From a virus (lineage: Duplodnaviria; Heunggongvirae; Uroviricota; Caudoviricetes), in the IMG/VR virus record IMGVR_UViG_3300029733_000185: a stretch of DNA of 21,997 nucleotides; one strand, written 5' to 3'. This document shows, piece by piece, positions 1 to 7,593 of this stretch (its first letter is position 1; every line of letters begins with the position of its first letter). The position numbers and the translations under genes are program-made. The notes under the pieces are model-generated. The model had not been told where the DNA came from and did no database searches. It saw nothing but the letters and a program-made list of their open reading frames with translations.

Positions 1-426
1 CGGCTTGATAAGATCCATTGCCTCATAACCAAAATTAAACAGTTGACTTACTAAATCCGAGTATTCCGAAATGCAAATTTGAACCGTGGATTCAATTTCT
101 CGAGATATCAACTCAAACAAAGATTCTAATGAACCATCGTATTTGGCTTCTGTTTTTGCATCTGCTTTTCCTTCTAAAAGATCAGCTGCTCTACGATACA
201 AATCTTGCACCTGATCGTACAAATCAGCAGGCAGTTCCACCTCATCAAGAAGCTGACCAAGCGTTCCGGTGATTTCGTCTGCTGTGATAGTTTCAGGCAA
301 ATTTTCCGGAGCTACAATATAATTCGTTGCTATGAGTTGGGATTGTTCGTCATCAGCGACTCTTACCCAAAACTCGCCGTTTCCTTCATAACCGGTCGTT
401 TCTGCTTCAATAAAAACTTTACTCAT
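1..426 (-). CDS. Acidic hypothetical protein, runs off the window edge (partial)
   Basis: Not in the ORF track. AAGGAG RBS then ATG at 426; open for 142 codons (MSKVFIEAETTGYEGNGEFWVRV...MDLIKP) to position 1. Confidence 0.85.
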   Translation of the reverse strand, partial: MSKVFIEAETTGYEGNGEFWVRVADDEQSQLIATNYIVAPENLPETITADEITGTLGQLLDEVELPADLYDQVQDLYRRAADLLEGKADAKTEAKYDGSLESLFELISREIESTVQICISEYSDLVSQLFNFGYEAMDLIKP

Positions 427-430
427 TTTT

Positions 431-670
431 TTATCTCCTTTCTTTCTTAACGGGTTCAACCAATGATTCGTAAACCCAATACCCAATGCTGTCCGGATTT
501 CCGTTACGCATCAGTTCTGCATTCTTGTCTGCATCGGCATATTCTTCTGGAAGCAAAAACAATGATGTTTCGTCGTTTTCGTCTTTGAAATTGCAATCAT
601 CATTGTCTACATACCAAATGCAATTATTCCAGTGAACAAGTGTGCCAAGATATTTGCTGTGCTCACACAT
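431..670 (-). CDS. Small acidic hypothetical protein (79 aa)
   Basis: RBS AAAAGGAGAGATTTATAATG; tightly packed with neighbours; D/E-rich. Confidence 0.85.
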   Translation of the reverse strand: MCEHSKYLGTLVHWNNCIWYVDNDDCNFKDENDETSLFLLPEEYADADKNAELMRNGNPDSIGYWVYESLVEPVKKERR

Positions 671-688
671 TATAAATCTCTCCTTTTT

Positions 689-1705
689 TTAAATCAAGTT
701 CCAATTTACAAGTAGACTCTCAATGTTCTGTTTGAGTTCGTCATAATCGTCGCCAGTGATTACAGCGTCCTTTTCGGACGTATCCTTTTCTTTCGGATCT
801 CCAAAGCAAACATTTCTCTCTTCCAGGAAGTCCTCGAAAAGATCAATAAACTGCCCATACATCTCTTCTTTGTCCGCTTGTGTGAGCGGTTCTTTTAAAG
901 CGGCCTGAAATGCGTATTCACGATTAGGTTCATAGATGAGCCAATTCAGACCCATGAAACACAGGGCAGCTTTGTTCAGATAAAAATCACTGCCCATCTC
1001 GTTGAAGTCCTCTGTGACCGATGTCTGCAGAGTTTTCAGTAATTGTGCGTATGACTCATACCGCGTAAACAGCTCGTTAGCCAATTTGCTTGTCATAACT
1101 TCATGCCACCAATTCGTGAAATTCCAACTCGGATCATGTTTCATCGCTTCAATGCCGTCTCCAACTCCATATTTTGACAGCCAAACTACATCGATCAATG
1201 TATTTTCTACAAGCACATACGCGCTCATTGTAGATATGATTTCTTTGCAAAGCAGTTTTTCCGCAAAGTCAACCAACTTCATCTGATTGATTTCTGCAGT
1301 AATGCCTGTAGGATACGGCCAAGATTCCGGTTTAATATTCCGAAGAATCTGGCGGAACTCTTTGGAAGTCAACAAATAAGCAACAGCTGCATCGTAGTCT
1401 CCAAACTCTACGGTACCATCGTCACATTTTGTATCCAAATCGTCCAAGAAGCAGCTTTGATGGAAATCTTCGAAATTATCCAAGACCTGTTCCAGATTCT
1501 CAAAATGATATCCATCCGAGTCGTTATAGCCATATGTGTTCCCGTTTTCATAATCTCTGACGAGGAAGCAGCGCTTCCAGGCGGAAAGCCCCACCATTTC
1601 CTTCTCACCAGTTAGTTGTAAGCTCTCATCTTGCAATATTGTTGCCAGAGCATCAATGGCCTGAATTTTTGTCAAGTCCTGATTTAAAACGAAATAATTT
1701 TTCAT
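689..1705 (-). CDS. Acidic, probably multi-module hypothetical protein (338 aa)
   Basis: RBS GAAAGGAGAAAAATATG; long ORF; no catalytic motif recognised. Confidence 0.9.
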   Translation of the reverse strand: MKNYFVLNQDLTKIQAIDALATILQDESLQLTGEKEMVGLSAWKRCFLVRDYENGNTYGYNDSDGYHFENLEQVLDNFEDFHQSCFLDDLDTKCDDGTVEFGDYDAAVAYLLTSKEFRQILRNIKPESWPYPTGITAEINQMKLVDFAEKLLCKEIISTMSAYVLVENTLIDVVWLSKYGVGDGIEAMKHDPSWNFTNWWHEVMTSKLANELFTRYESYAQLLKTLQTSVTEDFNEMGSDFYLNKAALCFMGLNWLIYEPNREYAFQAALKEPLTQADKEEMYGQFIDLFEDFLEERNVCFGDPKEKDTSEKDAVITGDDYDELKQNIESLLVNWNLI

Positions 1706-1872
1706 ATTTTTCTCCTTTCGTTTGCTCGTACAATGAGCATATAATGTTTTTTGTGTAAAAAAATTGCGGTCATCCGAAGATAACCGCTTCTAAATCGCCT
1801 AACTTCAAAACTTCTCTAATCTTGGGAGATCTACTATTAGGTGATATTATTAACTTTGTTCTAATTATAACA
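1706..1872 (-). promoter_or_regulatory. Family-B leader, copy 1 (long variant)
   Basis: Minus strand: TGTTATAAT (1872-1864), AAAGTTAA, extra stem ATCACCTAA/TTAGGCGAT, hairpin GCGGTTATC-TTCG-GATGACCGC (1787-1766) followed by AA and T7, then RBS. Confidence 0.7.
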
Positions 1873-1936
1873 CAAAACAAAGAAGTGGTGAAATTTATAA
1901 TTCACAAAACATACTTAGTATTGCTGAAGTTAATCA

Positions 1937-1967
1937 AAATTAAAGAAGCCGCCATTGGTCGGCTTCT
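1937..1967 (-). terminator. Intrinsic terminator after 2010..2384
   Basis: AGAAGCCG-ACCAATGG-CGGCTTCT followed by TTAATTTT on minus strand. Confidence 0.65.
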
Positions 1968-2009
1968 AGTTAGAAATTAGTATATATGCAGAGCTTTCTT
2001 GATATTGAT

Positions 2010-2384
2010 TTACCAAATATCGTCCACATCATCGTCACCCGCAAAGTGCACCAGGTTAGTGTACTTGATTTTTGCCTTACCGTTCTGATCAACATAATCT
2101 CTTGAAATGATGCAATCAAAAATGTCCACTGCAGGTGTAGTATCCTCAGCGCAGTCCAAGTCAATGCCAAAACACTCGTCGCCGGTTGAATCATCAACAA
2201 ACAGCTCACCGACATAACAAACCTCATAGCGCAAATCTAAGTCTTCTTTGCTGATATTGAGAGCAGAAAGTAACTTTGTAGCTCTTCCACCTGCATTCAG
2301 CCATTGTTCGCATTTTGCGTGCAAGTCTCTGATTGCAGATTTCTCTCCTCGAAAGTACATTGTTACGGAACAAATATTCTTCAT
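2010..2384 (-). CDS. Acidic hypothetical protein, possibly YubB/DUF1281-like
   Basis: RBS GAAAGGA; N-terminus MKNICSVTMYFRGEKSAI resembles the MPNWCxN...G start of that family. Family call is weak. Confidence 0.75.
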   Translation of the reverse strand: MKNICSVTMYFRGEKSAIRDLHAKCEQWLNAGGRATKLLSALNISKEDLDLRYEVCYVGELFVDDSTGDECFGIDLDCAEDTTPAVDIFDCIISRDYVDQNGKAKIKYTNLVHFAGDDDVDDIW

Positions 2385-2495
2385 GTGTCGTTTCCTTTCA
2401 AAATTATAATTTTATAATAAGAAAAAGCATAAGAAAGCAGCCACCTCAAAAGAAATGACCGCCTTAATGAATAACTTATCAATGCAATTATAACA
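2385..2495 (-). promoter_or_regulatory. Family-B leader, copy 2
   Basis: TGTTATAAT (2495-2487), ATAAGTTA, hairpin AAGGCGGTCATTTC-TTTT-GAGGTGGCTGCTTT (2465-2434), T-rich tail, TTTTGAAAGGA RBS. Confidence 0.65.
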
Positions 2496-2506
2496 CACTT
2501 TTAACA

Positions 2507-3130
2507 TCAGAACAACATCATCAACATGGGCACTACAATCATTGCGTACAGACCAACGCAGGTAATACCGGCTGCCCACATTTTGATATTCTTTACAACA
2601 CGATGTCTATACCCTGCCCAGTCGATAACAGAACCGCACTCCACATCAGGCTCTGTGAACATGCATTCCTGAAAAGCGCTTTCGTATGCATTGTCACAAT
2701 TTACTATGCCGTCTTCGATTTCAGACTTCAATTCTTGTAGTTTTCGCATATATCGTTTTGTGACCCCTGCCATGATGTACGCGTTAGACAGATTATCGGC
2801 CAAAGTCAATAAATATTCCTTACAATTAGCATCTTGCAGATTTTTCAACACACTCGCAAACAAATCGCTACACTGCTTATAACCGGATTTTGTAAGAATG
2901 GTATGCTTCTGAAGTTCGTGAGACTTGATCTTTTTTAGCATTTTAACAAGTCCAACGGTCGGGATAAGGATGATTGCTGCAATAGCAGCCACATATAAAA
3001 CCCCAATACCAAGTACTAAAAACTCGTAACCAATTGTTCTAAAGCAATCGGTCCAGGTGGCATTAGAACCTCCAAGGCTCGTTAATGAATCTGTTGCCCG
3101 ATGCAATAGGTCTAAGTATTGGTATAACAT
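2507..3130 (-). CDS. Membrane protein (207 aa), hydrophobic segments near both ends
   Basis: RBS GAAAGGA; hydrophobic FLVLGIGVLYVAAIAAIILIP and WAAGITCVGLYAMIVVPMLMMLF. Confidence 0.85.
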   Translation of the reverse strand: MLYQYLDLLHRATDSLTSLGGSNATWTDCFRTIGYEFLVLGIGVLYVAAIAAIILIPTVGLVKMLKKIKSHELQKHTILTKSGYKQCSDLFASVLKNLQDANCKEYLLTLADNLSNAYIMAGVTKRYMRKLQELKSEIEDGIVNCDNAYESAFQECMFTEPDVECGSVIDWAGYRHRVVKNIKMWAAGITCVGLYAMIVVPMLMMLF

Positions 3131-3187
3131 TTTGATTTTCCTTTCTATTTTCTAATACAGGATGCTTCGACCAGGCATTTGATATTA

Positions 3188-3367
3188 CTACTTAAACACA
3201 CATACCAGAATCGGAATTGAGTAAATGGCGAGGAGTATAAGCCATAACGTTTCCGTCCTATTATTTGATATTAAATTTCTGTATCGCAAGCTCATTATTA
3301 TTGTACAAGATACAACTCCCGATGCAATTATAGCCAAACAAATAATCAGTGTACTTATCGTATTCAT
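3188..3367 (-). CDS. Small two-helix membrane protein (59 aa)
   Basis: GGAAAGG RBS before ATG at 3367 (MNTISTLIICLAII...); TAG TAA tandem stops. The track's GTG at 3472 is an alternative in-frame start. Confidence 0.7.
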   Translation of the reverse strand: MNTISTLIICLAIIASGVVSCTIIMSLRYRNLISNNRTETLWLILLAIYSIPILVCVFK

Positions 3368-3495
3368 TGAAAAGCCTTTCCGTTTCTCTCGATTATTGAA
3401 ATTGTACCAGAACCGATTTTTTGAGCGAAAGGAGTCAGAGACAAATGAACATACCAAACGATTCTGGTACACGCATGCTTTTTACCTCTGCTAAC

Positions 3496-3528
3496 TATTA
3501 ATACTGCATTTTTTTCAAAAAGAAAAAA
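3496..3528 (-). repeat. Family-A box, partial copy without the GAGCCAG hairpin
   Basis: Plus strand tattaatactgca-ttttttt-caaaaagaaaaaa, matching copies at 9056, 10766 and 13549. Confidence 0.7.
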
Positions 3529-3550
3529 TCAGACAATTATTTTAAAAAAC

Positions 3551-3590
3551 AAAAAAAAACAGAGCAGAACCCAATGTTCTACCCTGTTTT
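3551..3590 (-). terminator. Intrinsic terminator after 3598..3867
   Basis: ACAGGGTAGAAC-ATTGG-GTTCTGCTCTGT followed by a long T run on minus strand. Confidence 0.8.
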
Positions 3591-3597
3591 ATTCAAA

Positions 3598-3867
3598 TTA
3601 CGCCGTCATGTGTTCTTTAATGGATTGAATCATCTTTTGACAATCCTCTCGTCGGTCCGGATTCTCGTCAGCATAGGATTGCAAGCACATAACTACACCT
3701 TTGCAATAATGTACGCTTTGCAGGAATCTTGCTTCTCTGGCAATCCGATCTTCGTCTGTTTCTCCAAGTTCACACATGTCCTCGTACTCATAAAAATCGA
3801 TATTTTTCATAAACGCACGAAGTTTTTCGGCCAACGGTTCGTCGTATTTTAATACTTCCTTACACAT
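3598..3867 (-). CDS. Hypothetical protein (89 aa)
   Basis: Start re-set to ATG 3867 (MCKEVLKY) behind AAGGAG; overlaps the gmk stop. Confidence 0.8.
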   Translation of the reverse strand: MCKEVLKYDEPLAEKLRAFMKNIDFYEYEDMCELGETDEDRIAREARFLQSVHYCKGVVMCLQSYADENPDRREDCQKMIQSIKEHMTA

Positions 3868-4426
3868 TTTCGATCTCCTTTTTATTACTTTCAGGCTCAT
3901 ACCACCAATTTAGTGTCTCAATGATATGCTTCATTTGTTTTAAGATTTCAAATTGTGACTGTGTTGCATCAATTTCGTAATCACAATCTTTAAGAAAATT
4001 CTTAAAAGCCTTTTTGTCGTGTCTCAATCGAGTACAAGCTTCCTTTTTTGTATCTCCCCTTTTAAGTATGCGTTCTTTGCATACACTTGCAGGACAAGAA
4101 AAAGCAATGGCCACGATTTTCTTTGGACCGTCATAATGCTCTTTCAAATATCTAAGACCTGCCGGATCAACTACAAACAAATCGTTCTCTTCGATAAGAT
4201 TGCGTGTGACGCCGTAGAATGCCCCAGAAAAGGTTGTTTTCGTAATTAGGTCAAGTTTATCGAACTCGTCCTTAGAAACGAAAATATGGCCTTCCTCGCC
4301 CTCGTAGCGTGGCTCTCTGGTTGTATATGATTGAACAGAATGATAACCCTCTGCTTCCAACAGTTCAGCAATCGTCGTTTTGCCGCAGCCGCTTGGGCCT
4401 ACTAAGCAATATAAGACATTACTCAT
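3860..4426 (-). CDS. gmk: Guanylate kinase
   Basis: P-loop GPSGCGKTT, SYTTREPRYEGE nucleotide-monophosphate motif, YG, DPAG, RILKRGD lid. Start re-set to ATG 4426 (MSNVLY) behind GGAGG/GGAG. Confidence 0.85.
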   Translation of the reverse strand: MSNVLYCLVGPSGCGKTTIAELLEAEGYHSVQSYTTREPRYEGEEGHIFVSKDEFDKLDLITKTTFSGAFYGVTRNLIEENDLFVVDPAGLRYLKEHYDGPKKIVAIAFSCPASVCKERILKRGDTKKEACTRLRHDKKAFKNFLKDCDYEIDATQSQFEILKQMKHIIETLNWWYEPESNKKEIENV

Positions 4427-4556
4427 CTCTCCAGCCTCCTGTCGTAAAGTTGCTTTCCTCACTTAGCATTTCTACAAGCGCATGATAGGCAGCCGTAAGT
4501 AGGAATCCAAAAAGGATGGTTAAAGCGGCAATGCCTATGATTTTAACGATATACAT
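4419..4556 (-). CDS. Small single-TM protein (45 aa), missing from the ORF track
   Basis: AAAGGAGAAAAATTATG then MYIVKIIGIAALTILFGFLLTAAYHALVEMLSEESNFTTGGWRDE*; stop overlaps gmk start (ATGAGTAA). Confidence 0.75.
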   Translation of the reverse strand: MYIVKIIGIAALTILFGFLLTAAYHALVEMLSEESNFTTGGWRDE

Positions 4557-4589
4557 AATTTTTCTCCTTTTTAAAAGTGTGAATATTTT

Positions 4590-4889
4590 TTAAAGGTTAC
4601 AATTTTTCATTATAACGCTGTTAAACAAATTATTGATGTATAACTTTAACGCTTTCTTTTCTTCAGAGGTAAACACATGGTCATCCTCATCAATAACATT
4701 GAGAACCTCATTCAAAGAATACTCCATAACAATTTGCTGAATCGCAAATTTTTCGAATAGTGACTTACCTTCCTCAGAATTTAACAAAGAATCCACCAAA
4801 GAAGAATAAAGGTTTGTATTATCCCCTGTGTTGAATAACATTTCCAACAATCTTCTTAAAAGCATTGTCAGATATTCATAATAAAACAT
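4590..4889 (-). CDS. Hypothetical protein (99 aa)
   Basis: Start re-set to ATG 4889 (MFYYEYL) behind AAGGAG. Confidence 0.75.
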   Translation of the reverse strand: MFYYEYLTMLLRRLLEMLFNTGDNTNLYSSLVDSLLNSEEGKSLFEKFAIQQIVMEYSLNEVLNVIDEDDHVFTSEEKKALKLYINNLFNSVIMKNCNL

Positions 4890-4969
4890 AGAATTATCTC
4901 CTTTCTTATTCTCCCCACAACACAACATTGCGTTATGGGCATTCTTTTTCCTTTTCAATTTGAAATGTT

Positions 4970-5269
4970 TTATACACATCCTCCGCAGCAACCATGAGGA
5001 ATATTCTCATTGATGCACTTTTCTATCTCCACTCGAAGCGGCTCTAAATCCTTTGGGAGATCGATAGACCATGGCCCACTCGCGACGTATTCTTCCCAGT
5101 TATCATCGAACCAAACACTGCCGCCGGAGTGCAAGCAGTAACGAGGAAATTTTTTCACTTTTCCGTTGATTTTCAAAACCAGCAGACCAGAACAAAGGTT
5201 TGGATATGCACCGTCATATGAAATAAATTCAACTTGCTTCATAAGAGACTCGTTTTCTTTAAAATTCAT
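4970..5269 (-). CDS. Cys-rich hypothetical protein ending HGCCGGCV, possible metal binding
   Basis: RBS GAAAGGAGAAAAATATG; YPNLCSG and C-terminal CCGGC. Confidence 0.85.
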   Translation of the reverse strand: MNFKENESLMKQVEFISYDGAYPNLCSGLLVLKINGKVKKFPRYCLHSGGSVWFDDNWEEYVASGPWSIDLPKDLEPLRVEIEKCINENIPHGCCGGCV

Positions 5270-5374
5270 ATTTTTCTCCTTTCAAAAAATTGATATTTTA
5301 AAAATAAGCACAAAAAAGAACAGCCATCTCGAAAGATAACTGTTCTTAAATTAACTTATAACATAATTATATCA
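5265..5374 (-). promoter_or_regulatory. Family-B leader, copy 3
   Basis: TTCATA-17-TATAAT with extended TG, ATAAGTTAA, hairpin AAGAACAGTTATCT-TTCG-AGATGGCTGTTCTT (5347-5316) + T run, RBS. About 8 substitutions + 1 indel versus 7417-7527. Confidence 0.8.
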
Positions 5375-5387
5375 GATTTATCAATTT

Positions 5388-5795
5388 TTATGAAATGCTT
5401 GTGAACTTAATCTCGTCAGAGTAATCCTCGTCATTTGGATTAGCCCAAATTACAACTCGAAGGTCGTCACTTTCCAAAGGTTTTTCTACAAGCACTCTTG
5501 GGAAAGATAAAGCGTCCTCTTGTGGCTCGTTTGGAACAAATTCAACATCTATGCCCGGATAATTTTCATCCCGAGCAGCAGTTGCCCGAATATATCCGCC
5601 CTCTACCAAAACATCAATTTCGTTTTTGCAAACTTTAGAAATGCTATCTTTAGGGACAACATAAAAGTCGTTCATTAGTTCAGAAATGTGTTCGTCTGTC
5701 CAAACAGGATTGGACTCATCCACCGAAGACTGATACCAGTCTTGCAGAAGGCCCTCATCCGCACAATTATTTTCAAGCTAATTTTTCAAATTCAT
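5388..5795 (-). pseudogene. Acidic hypothetical protein interrupted by an in-frame TAG at codon 6 (or expressed from GTG 5723)
   Basis: AAAGGAGG-AAAAGAT-ATG at 5795 reads MNLKN*LENNCADEGLLQDWYQSSVDESNPVW..., in frame with track ORF 5388..5723, whose GTG has no RBS. Confidence 0.55.
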
Positions 5796-6161
5796 ATCTT
5801 TTCCTCCTTTCAACTTCGCCACGGTTTGCTTATTTTCAAACGCAAGAAGAACATCCCAAGCTAAATACTTTCTAAACTTTGTTATTAGTTCTTCAATCGT
5901 AATATTAGTTTTGAGTTGAATTCCAAGTTGATCATCAGAAACTATTTCCTCAAAAATATCAGAATGATTTTTGAACATTGCATTTGTACTTTCTCTTGAA
6001 AGAACTAAAACCGCTTTTTTACCTTTTGTGTTCAAAAAGTTCACTACTTCGGAACCATAGCTCTCTAATTCTTCATAAGAGACAAATCTTTTTGGTTCAT
6101 CCTCTGACATCATCTCAATAAGCGCATTTGCAGCTAAATCCTCGATCCCTATATTATACAT
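5778..6161 (-). CDS. Hypothetical protein (127 aa)
   Basis: RBS AAGGGAG; tightly packed operon context. Confidence 0.85.
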   Translation of the reverse strand: MYNIGIEDLAANALIEMMSEDEPKRFVSYEELESYGSEVVNFLNTKGKKAVLVLSRESTNAMFKNHSDIFEEIVSDDQLGIQLKTNITIEELITKFRKYLAWDVLLAFENKQTVAKLKGGKDMNLKN

Positions 6162-6164
6162 GTT

Positions 6165-6395
6165 TTATATCTCCCTTAATTTCTCCTTATTTATAATTTG
6201 GCTTTTTCTCTTACCTGTACCTTTTGCTCCAAAAACAACAATAATGTTTTCTTTTTGTTCACTTGTTATTACCTGGTAGCTAAAACCACACCCCCGATCA
6301 AATGGATGAAATATTGGTTTATGAAATGCTCTTTTAATTAAGAAGCCTTCTAATTTTACGCCATCATCATTATAAATAGCCCTATATATTTTCAT
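6165..6395 (-). CDS. Small basic hypothetical protein (76 aa)
   Basis: RBS AAAGGAG; stop 3 nt before next start. Ends with a P-loop-like GAKGTGKR that may be a fragment. Confidence 0.7.
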   Translation of the reverse strand: MKIYRAIYNDDGVKLEGFLIKRAFHKPIFHPFDRGCGFSYQVITSEQKENIIVVFGAKGTGKRKSQIINKEKLREI

Positions 6396-6494
6396 GCTTT
6401 TATTTTCTCCTTTGTGTTTGTCTTATTAACAGGATCAGTTGCACTAGTGAATAATGTTTTCCAAATTCTTCATCAAAAGCGTTGCACTATGTCA

Positions 6495-7421
6495 TTAGAG
6501 AACATTCTCAATGTACTCTCTGTTTTGTGTGAAAATAGGTATTTCTGTATCTATTACCCACTTTTTCCTTGTTGTAAAGCCTTCACCATCATAAAGAGGG
6601 TTTTTCTTTTTTATTTCATCTGCAGAAAAGAACACATCTTTTCTCACACAGCACGAACCTCTTTTGAGTCGAGTAGGATAATTATTCCAATTAATGCCTT
6701 TTTCTTGGAAAAGCTTTTCTTGAAGTTCGTCACATGACAAATTATTAAGTTCACCGTGTGCAAAATATGTATGTGCCACCTGTTGGATACTGTTTCTTGT
6801 AGCATCCTGTTGTCTCCAGAGAAGATTATTACATATTTCTTCTTTCGGAATATTAAAAGCCCTACAGTCGAACATAGCAGTATGAAGCTTAGGCTCATAA
6901 TATTGTTCTAAAAACCCAAAACAACCAATTTTGCAATTGATATTTTCAATATTATTACTTAAGCATTGCTTAGTCGCCCGGTCATACGCATCATTTTCAT
7001 ATAAAGCCTCATAATACTTAGCAGCAAATGTTAAGCGCTTATAATAGTCTTGATAGGCTTCATAAAAAGCTTGATTGAACAACATCGTTGCCATTGAAGC
7101 AGTGATAGATTCAATTTTATTTTGACAAAAACCGAACCAAGGATCAGCTTGTGCGTTTTGATCCAAAATCACCAGAGTGATTTCATCGCTTTGTGTATAT
7201 CCCAAGACACAACCCGGTATCATCTCACAAAGTGATTTCATTGTTTGGCGCATTGCCTTTAACAAAATTTCATCATCAAAAGGCTTTGCAAATCCCTTAG
7301 TGAAAGTATGAAACGCTCTGCCATCAATTCTTAGCATAACAGGTACTCTCGGTGTTAAATAGTGTTTGCTTGACTTTTCGTACCCTTTCATACGACTTGC
7401 GATATCTTTAGTATTTTTCAT
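6495..7421 (-). CDS. thg1: tRNA(His) guanylyltransferase Thg1-like protein (TLP, 3'-5' polymerase)
   Basis: Family motifs RMKGYE, RIDGRAFHTFT, YTQSDEITL, KIESITAS, FDCRAF, WRQQDATRNS, GINWN, KRG. Confidence 0.93.
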   Translation of the reverse strand: MKNTKDIASRMKGYEKSSKHYLTPRVPVMLRIDGRAFHTFTKGFAKPFDDEILLKAMRQTMKSLCEMIPGCVLGYTQSDEITLVILDQNAQADPWFGFCQNKIESITASMATMLFNQAFYEAYQDYYKRLTFAAKYYEALYENDAYDRATKQCLSNNIENINCKIGCFGFLEQYYEPKLHTAMFDCRAFNIPKEEICNNLLWRQQDATRNSIQQVAHTYFAHGELNNLSCDELQEKLFQEKGINWNNYPTRLKRGSCCVRKDVFFSADEIKKKNPLYDGEGFTTRKKWVIDTEIPIFTQNREYIENVL

Positions 7422-7527
7422 ATTTTTCTCCTTTCAAAAAATTGATATTTTTAAAAATAAGTACAAAAAAGAACAGCTATCGCAAAAGATAACTGTTATT
7501 GATTTAACTTATAAAATAATTATATCA
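7417..7527 (-). promoter_or_regulatory. Family-B leader, copy 4 (upstream of the Thg1-like gene)
   Basis: TGATATAAT, ATAAGTTAA, hairpin AACAGTTATC-TTTTGC-GATAGCTGTT + CTTTTTT, same RBS as copy 3. Confidence 0.8.
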
Positions 7528-7593
7528 TATTTCAGATATAATGCTAATGACGGCTTGCAAGGCCCTATCGTGTACATGTTGTCTTTAGAAAGA

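Noticed and set aside
6438..6489. 9-bp direct repeat GTTGCACTA separated by 34 nt after the Thg1-like gene
   Set aside because: Only two short copies; too short for CRISPR repeats, no structure; could be chance or a minor operator.
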